A DNA stretch of 64,000 bases from an uncultured Candidatus Saccharibacteria bacterium (GCA_964467385.1 CAYXQC010000004.1:9429-73428); one strand, 5' to 3'. Counted from the stretch's first letter, positions 34,680-45,676 are shown. Numbers and translations: made by a program. Notes: generated by a model from the sequence alone, not told the origin.

Positions 34680-35696
34680 ATGCCGCTAGAAAACAATACT
34701 GAGTCAGAAAATATAATTGAAAATTCAATTCTAAAACATGCATTAAGTATTGGTGTGACTTTGGTGCTATGTACACTCATTATACTTGGTGTATTTTATT
34801 TCAAACTTGTAAAAGCACCATCTGGCAGAACACAAGAGAGTTATCCAATCCGAGTAGTCATCGAACAAGGTCAAAATGCTGCATCTATAGCTGCTGAATT
34901 GAAAGAACAGCAAGTAATTTCGTCAGCAGGTTTCTTGCGACGACTCATATTGTTTCGAGGAAAGTCGGTACGCATATCTTCTGGAACATATATATTTGAA
35001 AATCCATCTACTGTTTTTACGGTTATGGACAGACTTATTAAAAGTGATTTTGGTTATACACCAGTAAAAGTCACAGTACCAGAAGGGATGAATGTGAAAT
35101 CTTTGACTCGACTTATAAGTGAAAAGTTTCCGCACCTTTCTGCGGATCAGTTTGCACTTGAATCTGCCAAATACGAAGGTTATTTATTCCCAGAAACATA
35201 TTTCTTCGAGCCAAGTGCAACATCTAGTGCCATTATTGCTCGCATGACTTCAATGTTTGACCAGATGATTACTAAACACCTCCCAGAATTTACAACTCTA
35301 AGTGAATCACAAAGACGTGACACTATCATTCTCGCATCAATCCTTGAAGAAGAGGTGCAAACGTATGAAGATAAGCAAATGGTCGCTGATTTACTCATGC
35401 ATCGCATGAAAATCGGCATGGCACTTCAGGTTGATGCTACGCTGGCATATCGTTTTGGGAAAACTTCAGCTGAGCTTCGTGCTGATGATTTGAAATCAGA
35501 GGATCCGTACAATACATATACGCATCGTGGTCTGCCACCAACTCCAATTTCTAACCCTGGCCTTGAGTCAATTCGAGCAGCTTTGAATCCGCTTCCAAAT
35601 CCATATCTCTTCTATCTTTCTGATAAAAATGGTATAACACATTTCTCAAAAACTCATGAAGAACACGTTAAACTCAAAGCTACATACCTCAGATAA
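34680..35696 (+). CDS. mltG: Endolytic transglycosylase MltG, paralog 2
   Basis: VTVPEG, EGYLFPETY, LASILEEE, LQVDA, YNTYTHRGLPPTPISNPG. Confidence 0.93.
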   Translation: MPLENNTESENIIENSILKHALSIGVTLVLCTLIILGVFYFKLVKAPSGRTQESYPIRVVIEQGQNAASIAAELKEQQVISSAGFLRRLILFRGKSVRISSGTYIFENPSTVFTVMDRLIKSDFGYTPVKVTVPEGMNVKSLTRLISEKFPHLSADQFALESAKYEGYLFPETYFFEPSATSSAIIARMTSMFDQMITKHLPEFTTLSESQRRDTIILASILEEEVQTYEDKQMVADLLMHRMKIGMALQVDATLAYRFGKTSAELRADDLKSEDPYNTYTHRGLPPTPISNPGLESIRAALNPLPNPYLFYLSDKNGITHFSKTHEEHVKLKATYLR

Positions 35697-36963
35697 GGGC
35701 GCACATGCTGTTTCAGATGTTCTGGCAGCAAATCAAACTCCGGGTCGGAAAGTCTTTGTGGGTATGTCTGGTGGTGTTGATTCTTCTGTATCAGCAGCAC
35801 TCCTCAAAGAAGCTGGATATGATGTCACTGGTGTGTTTATAAAAGTATGGCAACCAGATTCTACTGATTGTGGCTGGAAAGATGAGAGACGTGATGCTAT
35901 GCGAGTTGCTGCTGTACTTGATATCCCATTTTTGACTCTCGATTTTAGTGAAGTATATAAGCGTGAAGTGGTTGATTATATGATTAATGAATATGCTTCG
36001 GGTCGCACACCGAATCCTGACGTAATGTGTAATCGTCATGTAAAATTCGGTTCATTTTTAAAATATGCACGCGAACATGGTGCAGATTTCGTGGCTACGG
36101 GGCATTATGCGCAAAATGTAGAGATAGAAAATACTGATAGAGGCATTCGCGGTGGTAATATCGGTGGGACTGAAACAGTTGCTAAACCAAAAAAATACGT
36201 AGCTGAAAGTGTTGATAATCAAAAAGATCAAAGCTATTTTCTCTGGACTTTACATGAAAAGGATCTGGAGTACATATTGTTTCCAATTGGTCATCTAGAA
36301 AAAACAGAAGTGCGAAAACTTGCTGAAAAATTTGGATTACCTGTATTTGATAAAAAAGATAGTCAAGGTGTGTGCTTTATTGGTCACCTCGATATGAAAG
36401 AGTTCTTAAAAGAGCATATCCCAGGTGCTGCGAGGGTAGGTGAAGTTTTGGATACAACTGGAACAGTGATTGGTTCTCATGAAGGTGCGATACTGTATAC
36501 AATAGGTGAGCGACATGGGTTTAATCATATCGTGAAAAATACTGATCCTTTGCCACTTTTTGTAATTGCAAAAGATGTCAAAAAAAATACTATAACTGTT
36601 GCGCCGAAATCTGCACATGTAGCAATGGATAACGGCGGACAAAACGGTACAACCTTATCGACTCAAATAAGACTTCGAGATGTAAATCTACACAGTGATT
36701 TTGATGAACGACTTCGTATCGGAAAAGGTGCGAAGGTTGAACTCGAATGCAGGATTCGGTACCGACAAGAAAAACAAAAATGCACTTTGATGGTGCAAAC
36801 TGATAAAAATGGCGATCCAGAGTATATCGTTAAATTTGAAGAATTTCAGCACGGGCTGGCTGAGGGACAGTCTCTTGTTCTGTACTCTGATACTGTTAGC
36901 ACAAAAAATTCACAAAAAAACACTACACTTTGTATCGGTGGTGGTATAATCGAACTTATATGA
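35656..36963 (+). CDS. mnmA: tRNA 2-thiouridylase MnmA
   Basis: MSGGVDSS, TPNPDVMCN, ATGHYA, KDQSYFL, DSQGVCF; true start may be later. Confidence 0.96.
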   Translation: MKNTLNSKLHTSDKGAHAVSDVLAANQTPGRKVFVGMSGGVDSSVSAALLKEAGYDVTGVFIKVWQPDSTDCGWKDERRDAMRVAAVLDIPFLTLDFSEVYKREVVDYMINEYASGRTPNPDVMCNRHVKFGSFLKYAREHGADFVATGHYAQNVEIENTDRGIRGGNIGGTETVAKPKKYVAESVDNQKDQSYFLWTLHEKDLEYILFPIGHLEKTEVRKLAEKFGLPVFDKKDSQGVCFIGHLDMKEFLKEHIPGAARVGEVLDTTGTVIGSHEGAILYTIGERHGFNHIVKNTDPLPLFVIAKDVKKNTITVAPKSAHVAMDNGGQNGTTLSTQIRLRDVNLHSDFDERLRIGKGAKVELECRIRYRQEKQKCTLMVQTDKNGDPEYIVKFEEFQHGLAEGQSLVLYSDTVSTKNSQKNTTLCIGGGIIELI

Positions 36964-37844
36964 GTCCAGTATATATAACCAAAGAAGACGGTCAGGTAGA
37001 AGAGTTTGATCCTATTAAGCTGCAAGAATCCTTGATACGAGCAGGAGCTCAGCAAAACCTAGCAGAAAAAATCGCCAGAGAAATGGTTGATGATATTAAA
37101 GCCGGTGTTTGTGATCCTGAATCGGCAAATGGTGGCACTTGTACAGTTCATCAGATTTTCTCAAAAGCTTTTGAGATGTTGAAACAGGCTTCAATTGCCG
37201 CAGCTGCACGGTATTCGCTTCGACGGTCTATTATGGAATTCGGTCCAAGTGGCTTTCCATTTGAAAAATATGTAGCCCAAATTTTCAATGCCAAAGGCTA
37301 CACAACCCTCACAGACCAGCTTGTATATGGCGGTTGTGTACCACACGAGGTAGATGTAGTGGCTTGGAACGAGGAAAAACTCATCATGGCTGAGGTTAAA
37401 TACCACAATGAGCAGGGTGGGAAGTCTGATCTAAAAACTGCACTCTATGTGAAAGCGCGATACGATGATTTGAAAGATAATTCATTTACATACGGAGATT
37501 TTCCTCCACGTAAAATTGATCAATGGCTGTTGATTACAAATACGAAATTTACTGAAACTGCTATTACCTATGCAAAATGCAAAGGTCTTGAACTTATCAG
37601 TTGGATGTATCCTGAAAAAGGCAATCTGCTCGACATGATTGAAGAAACCAAACTTCATCCGATCACATGTCTTACTACTTTATCGGCAAATGACAAAAAG
37701 GATTTGTTGGCACATGATATTGTGCTTTGCAAAACTATTTATGAAAAGCGACAACTCCTAAAAGAAATCGGTTTGACAGACGCTAAGATTTTTAAAGTTA
37801 TGGAAGAAATTGGGCAAATCATCAATTTGGCGCCGAGGGATTAG
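36960..37844 (+). CDS. ATP-cone + Mrr-like PD-(D/E)xK restriction endonuclease domain protein
   Basis: ITKEDGQVEEFDPIKL cone; GFPFEKYVA, HEVDV, AEVK, LITNTKFT. Confidence 0.8.
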   Translation: MSPVYITKEDGQVEEFDPIKLQESLIRAGAQQNLAEKIAREMVDDIKAGVCDPESANGGTCTVHQIFSKAFEMLKQASIAAAARYSLRRSIMEFGPSGFPFEKYVAQIFNAKGYTTLTDQLVYGGCVPHEVDVVAWNEEKLIMAEVKYHNEQGGKSDLKTALYVKARYDDLKDNSFTYGDFPPRKIDQWLLITNTKFTETAITYAKCKGLELISWMYPEKGNLLDMIEETKLHPITCLTTLSANDKKDLLAHDIVLCKTIYEKRQLLKEIGLTDAKIFKVMEEIGQIINLAPRD

Positions 37845-37893
37845 TGCCGAGGTGGTTTTTTATTTTGTGCTCTTTATGTGCTAACATAAAAAC

Positions 37894-38721
37894 ATGGCCT
37901 GGACATCAACCTGGAAGAAGAAATTTTATATCCCCGGACAGACTGAACCGTTTAAGTTGAGCCGCTCTAAAATTGACCTTTTTGTTGATTGTCCTCGATG
38001 TTTCTATCTTGATCGACGACTCGAGGTTGGACGGCCGAGCATGCCTCCATTTACCCTAAACAGCGCTGTAGATCATCTTTTGAAAAAAGAATTTGATATG
38101 CACCGTAAAGCTGGCACACCGCATCCTTTGATGACCGAGAACGGTCTTGATTTTGTGCCATTTGATCATGACAAGATAAACGAGTGGCGTGAGAACTTCG
38201 TTGGTGTGCAATACTTGCATAAAGAAAGTAATTTCCTTGTTTTTGGAGCGGTTGATGATTTGTGGGTTGATGCAAAAGGTAAAGTTCATGTGGTTGATTA
38301 CAAAGCTACTAGCAAAGATGAGGCTGTGACAAAGCTCGAGGATACAAAATGGCATGACCAGTATCGACGACAGATGGAAATTTACCAATGGCTTTTGAAG
38401 CATAATGATCTTAATGTTTCTGATACTGGGTATTTTGTATACGTAACGGGCCGAAAAGATCTTGATAGTTTCGATGGCAAACTCGAATTTTACACAAATT
38501 TGATTTCATATAAAGGAAAAAGTGATTGGGTTGATGAAACTTTAATGCAGGCCAAGGCGTGTCTTGATGGAGATTCAATTCCAGAAGCTGGTCATGATTG
38601 CGAGTATTGTAACTATCGCGAAAATGCCGGTAATGCATTCAAAAAGCATGTTGCAAAGTTTGGTGCGAAGGCAATGGGGAAGAAAGGTAGTGCGACAAGT
38701 TCAAATAAAGTGAAGAAATAG
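37894..38721 (+). CDS. PD-(D/E)xK nuclease (Cas4/AddB-like, Cys-containing)
   Basis: LSRSKI..CPRCFY, GAVDD, VDYK, QMEIY, CEYC. Confidence 0.85.
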   Translation: MAWTSTWKKKFYIPGQTEPFKLSRSKIDLFVDCPRCFYLDRRLEVGRPSMPPFTLNSAVDHLLKKEFDMHRKAGTPHPLMTENGLDFVPFDHDKINEWRENFVGVQYLHKESNFLVFGAVDDLWVDAKGKVHVVDYKATSKDEAVTKLEDTKWHDQYRRQMEIYQWLLKHNDLNVSDTGYFVYVTGRKDLDSFDGKLEFYTNLISYKGKSDWVDETLMQAKACLDGDSIPEAGHDCEYCNYRENAGNAFKKHVAKFGAKAMGKKGSATSSNKVKK

Positions 38722-38765
38722 ATATTAACTTCTAAAATAATTTAACATTATGGCGCGAGAATAAC

Positions 38766-40571
38766 ATGAAAAAAGTAAAAACAGAAAAAAATATCAATAC
38801 AGAACACCAGTGGGATTTCACTGACTTATATAAAGATCTGAATGACCCGAAACTTGAGCAAGATATTGCTGAAGTTGAAACACTTTGCGCCGATTTTGAA
38901 AAAAAGTACAAAAATGATCAGGAATACCTTAAGGATGAATCAAACGACACGCTCGTAGTAGCGATGAATGACTGGGAAAAACTTCATGATACCATCGGTA
39001 TGATTAAGCCTCTTTGGTATCTTTTCAATATGCAATCAATTATGAGCGGCAATGCAAAACTCGATCAAAAAATTGGCCAGCTCGAACCGAGAGCGACAAA
39101 TGCCGTAAATAGAATCGTCTTCTTTCCACTTGAGCTTGGTAAATTACCAGAAAAACGCCAGGCTAAAATTCTTAAAGATCCTCGGTTCGCATTTTTTGTA
39201 TACTACTTAAAGCGAACTTTTGAAGTTGCAAAATACAATCTTACCGAAGAAGCTGAAAAAGTGAATAATCTTTTAACCCGACCAGCTCGAACGCTTTGGA
39301 TTGATGGTTTTGAAAAGCTTACAAACAAAGAAACTGTTAAATTTAAGGGTAAAAATATTCCGTTATCGCAGGCACAGACTATGATTCATCAGCTACCACT
39401 TGCTGATCGTAGAAAACTCCACGATCTTTGCATGGAAAAGCTAAAATCGATTAGCTATTTTGCAGAGCAAGAAATAAATGCAGTGTACACTACAAAGAAA
39501 ATAAATGATGAGCTTCGTGGATATGAAAAGCCATATTCTGAAACTATTATTGGATATGAAAATTCTATCGAAACAATCGAGAATCTGGTTAAAACTGTTT
39601 CTGATAATTTCGCAATTTCAAATCGTTTCTATACTTTGAAGAAAAAACTTCTTAAACTGCCATACCTTGAATATGCTGATCGAGCAGTTGGTATTGCTAA
39701 AAAGCAGGTACAGATCCCTTTTGAAAAATCCGTAGAAATTCTTCGATCTGCGTTCGGAAAAGCGGGTGAACGGTACCTGCACATTCTTGATAAAATGCTC
39801 AAGGATAAGCGAATAGACGTGTACTCACGAATAGGTAAGCGAGGCGGTGCGTATTGTTGGGGTGGCCAAACTGTACCAACAGTTGTACTCCTTAACTATG
39901 TGCCAAGTGTCGATGCGGTTATGACATTTGCTCATGAAATGGGTCATGCAATTCACACTGAACTTTCCAAAAAGCAAAGAAAGTTTTATCAAAGTTACAC
40001 TATTTCTGTTGCTGAAATTGCCAGTACATTTTTTGAGAATCTAGCATTCCAGGAATTATTCGAAAAAATGTCGGACACAGAAAAGATTTACGCACTGTAC
40101 GATCGATTGGCTGATAGTATGCAAACTATTTTCAGACAAATTGCATGTTTTAACTTCGAATTGAAATTGCATGAAGATCTGCGAAAAAATGGTGCGCTAA
40201 CTGCTGCGGAAATATGCAAAGCACATAATACTGAAATGAGCAGATATCTCGGCAAAGCAGTCAAAATGCATGAACTAGACGGTTATCTCTTTTGTTCATG
40301 GAGTCATATTCGAAACTTTTTCTATGTGTATTCATATGCATACGGCGAACTTATCAGCCGCGCATTGTACAAGAAGTGTAAAGAAGATGACAGCTTTTTT
40401 GCCAAGGTTGATATGTTTTTGGAAGCCGGAAACAGTATGTCGCCTGATAATATATTCAAATCAATCGGCTTCGATGTAAGTAAGTCAAGCTTTTTCGAAA
40501 AAGGTTTGCAGTCTATTGAGGAAGATTTGACTACACTTGAGAAATTGATGAAGAAAAATAAGATGATTTAA
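38766..40571 (+). CDS. pepF: M3-family oligoendopeptidase F
   Basis: GKRGGAYC, AHEMGH, AEIASTFFE, FYVYSYAYG. Confidence 0.92.
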   Translation: MKKVKTEKNINTEHQWDFTDLYKDLNDPKLEQDIAEVETLCADFEKKYKNDQEYLKDESNDTLVVAMNDWEKLHDTIGMIKPLWYLFNMQSIMSGNAKLDQKIGQLEPRATNAVNRIVFFPLELGKLPEKRQAKILKDPRFAFFVYYLKRTFEVAKYNLTEEAEKVNNLLTRPARTLWIDGFEKLTNKETVKFKGKNIPLSQAQTMIHQLPLADRRKLHDLCMEKLKSISYFAEQEINAVYTTKKINDELRGYEKPYSETIIGYENSIETIENLVKTVSDNFAISNRFYTLKKKLLKLPYLEYADRAVGIAKKQVQIPFEKSVEILRSAFGKAGERYLHILDKMLKDKRIDVYSRIGKRGGAYCWGGQTVPTVVLLNYVPSVDAVMTFAHEMGHAIHTELSKKQRKFYQSYTISVAEIASTFFENLAFQELFEKMSDTEKIYALYDRLADSMQTIFRQIACFNFELKLHEDLRKNGALTAAEICKAHNTEMSRYLGKAVKMHELDGYLFCSWSHIRNFFYVYSYAYGELISRALYKKCKEDDSFFAKVDMFLEAGNSMSPDNIFKSIGFDVSKSSFFEKGLQSIEEDLTTLEKLMKKNKMI

Positions 40572-40625
40572 AGCTGCATTAAATCCTAGAAAAACCCCGT
40601 AAATTGTGCTAAAATCGAGCCTACT

Positions 40626-42494
40626 ATGCAGCCGGCACAGCCTACTATGAATTCTTCAGAAATCCGAAAGCGTTTCTTGGCTTTCTTCGAAAAGCGAGGT
40701 CACGCTATTCTCCCGAGCGCTCCACTTGTACCTGAGAACGATCCGTCAGTGCTTTTTAACACTGCTGGCATGCAACCTTTGGTGCCGTATCTTCTTGGCG
40801 AAAAACACCCACTCGGCACTCGTCTAGCTAACTTTCAGAAATGCGTACGAACAGTAGACTTTGATGAGATTGGTGATAATACACATTTTACTTTTTTTGA
40901 AATGATGGGTAACTGGTCACTTGGTGACTATTTTAAAAAAGAAGCGATTGAATGGAGCTATGAACTTCTCACAAACAAGGAAGAGGGTTTTGGTCTCGAT
41001 CCGCAGCGACTCTATGTAACTTGTTTTGAAGGAAATGAAAATGCACCGCGAGACGATGAGTCTGCTGGTATTTGGCGTGAGATTTTCGAGCGAAATGGTG
41101 TGACTGGCGAGCGGATTTACTTTATGCCAGCTAAAAATAACTGGTGGAGTCCTGGTGACAATGGTCCATGTGGCCCTGATACTGAGATGTTTTACGACGT
41201 AACAGGAAATCATGCTGACGCTAAAGGAATGACGAAAGAAGAATACTTGGCAGCTGATAATAAACAGGAAGTTGTGGAGATTTGGAACGATGTGTTTATG
41301 GAATACCGAGCAGAAAACGGTAAAGTAGTTGGTAAGCTTGCTACAAAAAACGTAGACACTGGTTCTGGCTATGAACGAGTGACTATGGTGCTTCAAGGTA
41401 AGACAAATGCATATGATACTGACATTTTTGCTTCAACATTTGCCAAAATAAGCGAACTTAAAACCTTATCTGACACAAAAAAAGAGCGAATAATCGTTGA
41501 TCATACTCGAACATCGGTGATGCTCATTTCAGACTGCGTCACCCCATCAAACACCGATCAAGGGTACATTTTACGACGACTAATTCGACGAGCTGTGCGT
41601 GTAGCTGATGAAATCGGTATGAAACCCGGATCACTCTTCTGGATCGCTGATACACTTATCGAGCAGTATAAAGATATCTATGAAAACGTTGGGCGACTTC
41701 GGGAGACTATCAAGGTTACTATTGATACTGAAGAGAAAAAATTCAGAAATACTTTAAAAGATGGTCTTAAAGAATTTAATAAAAGTTTGGAGAAAATTCA
41801 GGCTGAAAGTGGTAGCAATTCTGGTGCGAAAAATTTAATTTCAGGTGAAATTGCATTCAAACTCGTTACAACATACGGCTTCCCATTTGAAATGGTCAAA
41901 GAAATGGCTAAGGATAAAGGTTTTGAGGTAGATATTGCAAATTTTGAGGAAAAATTTGAAGCTCACAAGTCACTTTCACGGGCCGGCGCTGAACAGAAGT
42001 TCAAAGGTGGTCTTGGTGACACAAGTGAAATGTCAGTAAAGTATCACACAGCCACGCATCTCTTGCATCAAGCGCTTCGAGAAGTTCTTGGTGAGCATGT
42101 ACAGCAAAAGGGAAGTAATATCACTCCAGAACGGCTTCGGTTTGACTTTGCTCATCCTGCCAAAATGACTGATGAAGAAAAAAATCGAGTTGAAGGAATT
42201 GTAAATGAAAAAATCAAAGCGGCACTTCCTGTTGCTGTTGTAAGTCTACCCTTTGCAGAAGCTGAAAAGACCGGTGCATTGCATTTCTTTGGTGAGAAGT
42301 ATGGCGACACAGTTACGGTTTACTACATCGGCGATCAAGCAGATGAAAAAGGTACAAACATTGAACACGCATTTTCTAAAGAATTCTGTGGTGGTCCTCA
42401 TGTAAAAAACACAAGCGAACTTGGAACATTTAAGATTCAAAAAGAAGAGGCTGTTTCTCAGGGAGTAAGACGAATTAAAGCGGTTTTGAATTAA
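40626..42494 (+). CDS. alaS: Alanine--tRNA ligase (short form lacking C-Ala domain)
   Basis: LFNTAGMQP, HFTFFEMMGNWS, DTGSGYER, HTATHLL, EFCGGPH. Confidence 0.97.
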   Translation: MQPAQPTMNSSEIRKRFLAFFEKRGHAILPSAPLVPENDPSVLFNTAGMQPLVPYLLGEKHPLGTRLANFQKCVRTVDFDEIGDNTHFTFFEMMGNWSLGDYFKKEAIEWSYELLTNKEEGFGLDPQRLYVTCFEGNENAPRDDESAGIWREIFERNGVTGERIYFMPAKNNWWSPGDNGPCGPDTEMFYDVTGNHADAKGMTKEEYLAADNKQEVVEIWNDVFMEYRAENGKVVGKLATKNVDTGSGYERVTMVLQGKTNAYDTDIFASTFAKISELKTLSDTKKERIIVDHTRTSVMLISDCVTPSNTDQGYILRRLIRRAVRVADEIGMKPGSLFWIADTLIEQYKDIYENVGRLRETIKVTIDTEEKKFRNTLKDGLKEFNKSLEKIQAESGSNSGAKNLISGEIAFKLVTTYGFPFEMVKEMAKDKGFEVDIANFEEKFEAHKSLSRAGAEQKFKGGLGDTSEMSVKYHTATHLLHQALREVLGEHVQQKGSNITPERLRFDFAHPAKMTDEEKNRVEGIVNEKIKAALPVAVVSLPFAEAEKTGALHFFGEKYGDTVTVYYIGDQADEKGTNIEHAFSKEFCGGPHVKNTSELGTFKIQKEEAVSQGVRRIKAVLN

Positions 42495-42588
42495 GGATTT
42501 TATCTTATTTGAACACGGAAATTTATTTTGCATAAAAATGTGCAAAACTTACCCATATATAGAGTCTTTTTGATATAATGGGTTTTAT

Positions 42589-43743
42589 ATGAAGTTACTG
42601 GGTTCTCTTGTTTTTTATATTGGCAACGGAGTTGTGAAAGCCGGTCTCGTTGTGCATGAAAAAAATAAGGCACCACGTATTGTTTCGCTTATTGTCAAGG
42701 ATTTACCACACCATGAAGAGCGTGACCGAGAACACCTAGAAAAACGTATCTTATCTGAGTTCAATGAGCTCGTCACAGAGTTCAAGAATCATCAAATCAA
42801 AAATCTTCTCGACAAAGGTATTTCTGTTTCCATTAAAAACGCTCTTGTTTTACTTTCCTCACCTTGGTACATTTCTGAAACTTCTATTATAAAAATGAAG
42901 GAACAGAAGCCTTTTGTGGTAACCGAGCAACTTATCGAAAAGGCAAAAGACGATATCATCAAAGGCTACCGTGATGCTCACAAGCTCGATGTAACTGTAC
43001 TCGAGCAAAAAATAATCAATATTATTCTAAATGGTTACCCAACAACTGAACCTTTAAGGAAAAAAGTACAGACCTTGGATATGAATATTTTTACTAGTTT
43101 TGCTCGTAAATCTTCGGTTGACCAGATTAAGGATATTATTAATAAAAACTTTCATACCACTTCTACTACTGTCCATTCACAATCGATCGTCTCTTTCAGT
43201 GTTATAAGTAACATCTGGAGAGAGATGCTTCAATACATCATTGTAGATGTAACCTCACAACTCACCGAGCTTGTGGCTATTAGAAAAGGTACTTTATCAG
43301 AGGCCTACTCTTTCCCGAAAGGTAAACAGTTTTTAGTCAGAATCATATCCGAAGGTTTGAGCGTCTCTACAGAAGTGGCAGAGTCTATGATTCGTATGAA
43401 AAACAACGGAGAAATAGATGCTGATCTTGATACCAAAATATCGACCTTTTTGAAGAAAGCAAATGATGAGTGGCTCAAAGATTTCTCTAATTCACTTCGT
43501 GTAATGTCTGGTAGCACTTCACTTCCAAATTCGTTTTTCTTGTTTGCACCAAAGGATGTCTCACATATTTTCTCTGAGTACATCTCATCAGAGGAATATC
43601 AGCAGTTCTCGTTTGCTGAAGGAAAATTTATAGTTAAAGCACTTGCTGCACAAGATTTTTCACCTTATGCCAAAAATGAGTCAGACAAAGAAGCAGATTT
43701 GTCACTCACACTAGGGGCAATATACAGTGGGATTATCATCTAG
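42589..43743 (+). CDS. FtsA/actin-fold-like hypothetical protein
   Basis: YIGNGVVKA and IVDVTSQLTEL degenerate phosphate-loop motifs; AESMIR. Confidence 0.55.
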   Translation: MKLLGSLVFYIGNGVVKAGLVVHEKNKAPRIVSLIVKDLPHHEERDREHLEKRILSEFNELVTEFKNHQIKNLLDKGISVSIKNALVLLSSPWYISETSIIKMKEQKPFVVTEQLIEKAKDDIIKGYRDAHKLDVTVLEQKIINIILNGYPTTEPLRKKVQTLDMNIFTSFARKSSVDQIKDIINKNFHTTSTTVHSQSIVSFSVISNIWREMLQYIIVDVTSQLTELVAIRKGTLSEAYSFPKGKQFLVRIISEGLSVSTEVAESMIRMKNNGEIDADLDTKISTFLKKANDEWLKDFSNSLRVMSGSTSLPNSFFLFAPKDVSHIFSEYISSEEYQQFSFAEGKFIVKALAAQDFSPYAKNESDKEADLSLTLGAIYSGIII

Positions 43744-43783
43744 AAAATTAAACATCAAATTTATTTAAAATTTATATAAATAT

Positions 43784-45166
43784 ATGGAAAAAAACTTCTA
43801 CGATATCATTCCAAACGAAAAGCGAAGTATCCGAAATATTCCTATTCCAAAGAAAAAAAAGGATGAGGTTCGTAAAGCAGTTGTTGCATCTGATGCAGAA
43901 GCTGAACATATCTCTGTAGCGAAAACAGAAGAGTTTGCCTCTATGGAAGACAAAGTTACATTAAAGAGGAGTCAAAATAACGAAAGTTTTGAGGATTGGG
44001 AAAAAAGCAGAAAGGGTGATAAATCATATTGGAAAGCCTACACAATACTTGCTCTTATTATTGTCTTTATAGGTTTCCTTCTTTCGACGACATTTGCGCG
44101 GGCGACCATTACAATCAGTCCTGTGCGTCATGATCTTGCTATAAAGGATTTAAAGATTTCTTTTGATGAATTGACTCATGAATCCATTTCTGGTGAAGAC
44201 TACAAAGCTGAAACAGAAGTAGATGCAAACGGAAGTGTAAAAGTTGATCGTAAGGCAGTTGGCACAGTTGTCTTGTACAACGCATATTCAAGCACTGCTC
44301 AAAAACTAGTAGCTGGTACACGGCTTGAGACTCCTAAAGGTTTGATATATAAGCTCAAAAATGCAGTCACTATTCCAGGTCAAACAACTTCTGAAGGAAA
44401 AAAGACTCCAGGAAGCGTATCTGTTGAAGTAGAAGCTAGTGAATCTGGCGACAAATACAATTCTAGTCCACAAGATTTTAAAGTCGTGGCATATAAGGGT
44501 ACCGATAAGTACAATACTATTTATGGACGATCAAAAAGTTCGCTTACTGATGGATTTTCAGGAACGGTCCCAAATATCAGCCAAAAAGCTATTGCTGATA
44601 GTCTAGCAGAGCTCAAAAAACAGATTCAGGCACAAATAAATGCTGATTTTCTAAAGCAGGCAAGTAAGATAGATGGTGGCTTTGTATATATAAAAAACAG
44701 CGCAGTTATCACATATGCACAGCCAAAACAGGATATGAACCGAGCTGGTACAAAAGCGACAATTACACTAACAGCTAAAGCAACTGCGCTTATATTTGAC
44801 GAGTCTGCGCTTTCTGAACTTATTATCCAAAAAGAAAATCCTACCAGCTCAAGTACAAGTGCGAGTTCGACTACTGGACTTAGTCTCGCTGAAGAGCCAA
44901 AACTCGTATACGGAGGTATTTTCGATAGCCTTTCAGCTACAACCGCTACTGACAATTCTTGGATGGTCCTCAATGGAACGACGAGTATTGCTTCGATAGT
45001 TGAAGAACTTAAACTCGCCAAAACAGTAAGTGGACTTTCAAAAGAACAGGCTCTTTCTGCTCTTAAAGACTACATCGAGGTTGATTCAATCGATATCAGT
45101 ATCATTCCGTGGTGGGTCAAAACACTTCCAAGTGCAGATAAAATTAAAGTAGTGCTTGAAAAATAG
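43784..45166 (+). CDS. Membrane-anchored baseplate-J-like CPR protein
   Basis: TM; AVGTVVLYN..QKLVAGTRL..GLIY; VEASESGDKYN; PWW. Confidence 0.65.
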   Translation: MEKNFYDIIPNEKRSIRNIPIPKKKKDEVRKAVVASDAEAEHISVAKTEEFASMEDKVTLKRSQNNESFEDWEKSRKGDKSYWKAYTILALIIVFIGFLLSTTFARATITISPVRHDLAIKDLKISFDELTHESISGEDYKAETEVDANGSVKVDRKAVGTVVLYNAYSSTAQKLVAGTRLETPKGLIYKLKNAVTIPGQTTSEGKKTPGSVSVEVEASESGDKYNSSPQDFKVVAYKGTDKYNTIYGRSKSSLTDGFSGTVPNISQKAIADSLAELKKQIQAQINADFLKQASKIDGGFVYIKNSAVITYAQPKQDMNRAGTKATITLTAKATALIFDESALSELIIQKENPTSSSTSASSTTGLSLAEEPKLVYGGIFDSLSATTATDNSWMVLNGTTSIASIVEELKLAKTVSGLSKEQALSALKDYIEVDSIDISIIPWWVKTLPSADKIKVVLEK

Positions 45167-45200
45167 CCTATAAAATGGTACTGTATACCTTGTCATTTCA

Positions 45201-45434
45201 ATGCATCCAACTCACGACAATTCCAACAAGAAAGAGGCGCTTTACGGTAGAGTAGTAGAGGCTCTTCCAAACACACTTTTTAAAGTACAGATCGAAGGCG
45301 GTTCAGACGAACCGGTCCTTTCGTTCCTTGGAGGAAAGATGCTCCACAACCGTATTAGAGTGGTTATTGGAGATAGGGTTATGGTTGAAATTGACCCCTA
45401 TGGTGGGAAAGCCCGGATCACACGGAGAATGTAG
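45201..45434 (+). CDS. infA: Translation initiation factor IF-1
   Basis: GRVVEALPNTLFKV, GKM, IGDRV. Confidence 0.95.
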   Translation: MHPTHDNSNKKEALYGRVVEALPNTLFKVQIEGGSDEPVLSFLGGKMLHNRIRVVIGDRVMVEIDPYGGKARITRRM

Positions 45435-45502
45435 GGGAAAACGGACTTTACAATATTATTCAATTATAGTAGGATGTCTTCTACAACTTTTTATATATAT
45501 TT

Positions 45503-45619
45503 ATGCGAGTAAAAGCTTCAGTTAAAACAAAATGTACACATTGCAAAGTGGTCCGACGAAAGGGATCAGTTTATATTACCTGTAAGGCAAATATTCGACA
45601 TAAGCAGAAGCAGGGCTAG
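45503..45619 (+). CDS. rpmJ: 50S ribosomal protein L36 (missing from the ORF track)
   Basis: [38 protein letters not shown]. Confidence 0.96.
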   Translation: MRVKASVKTKCTHCKVVRRKGSVYITCKANIRHKQKQG

Positions 45620-45676
45620 TACTGCTCATATATAATCGACTGAAATTACACTAACCCTTAAACCAAAGAAACATCC

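Noticed and set aside
37894-38721. cas4 as part of a CRISPR-Cas system
   Set aside because: Solo nuclease with no array or other cas genes in the window.
40626-42494. Truncated alaS as a pseudogene
   Set aside because: Catalytic and editing motifs are intact and the frame is clean. Short AlaS lacking C-Ala is typical of this lineage.
43784-45166. Prophage suggested by the baseplate-J-like protein
   Set aside because: No other phage genes are nearby. The gene is membrane-anchored and sits in a housekeeping context.
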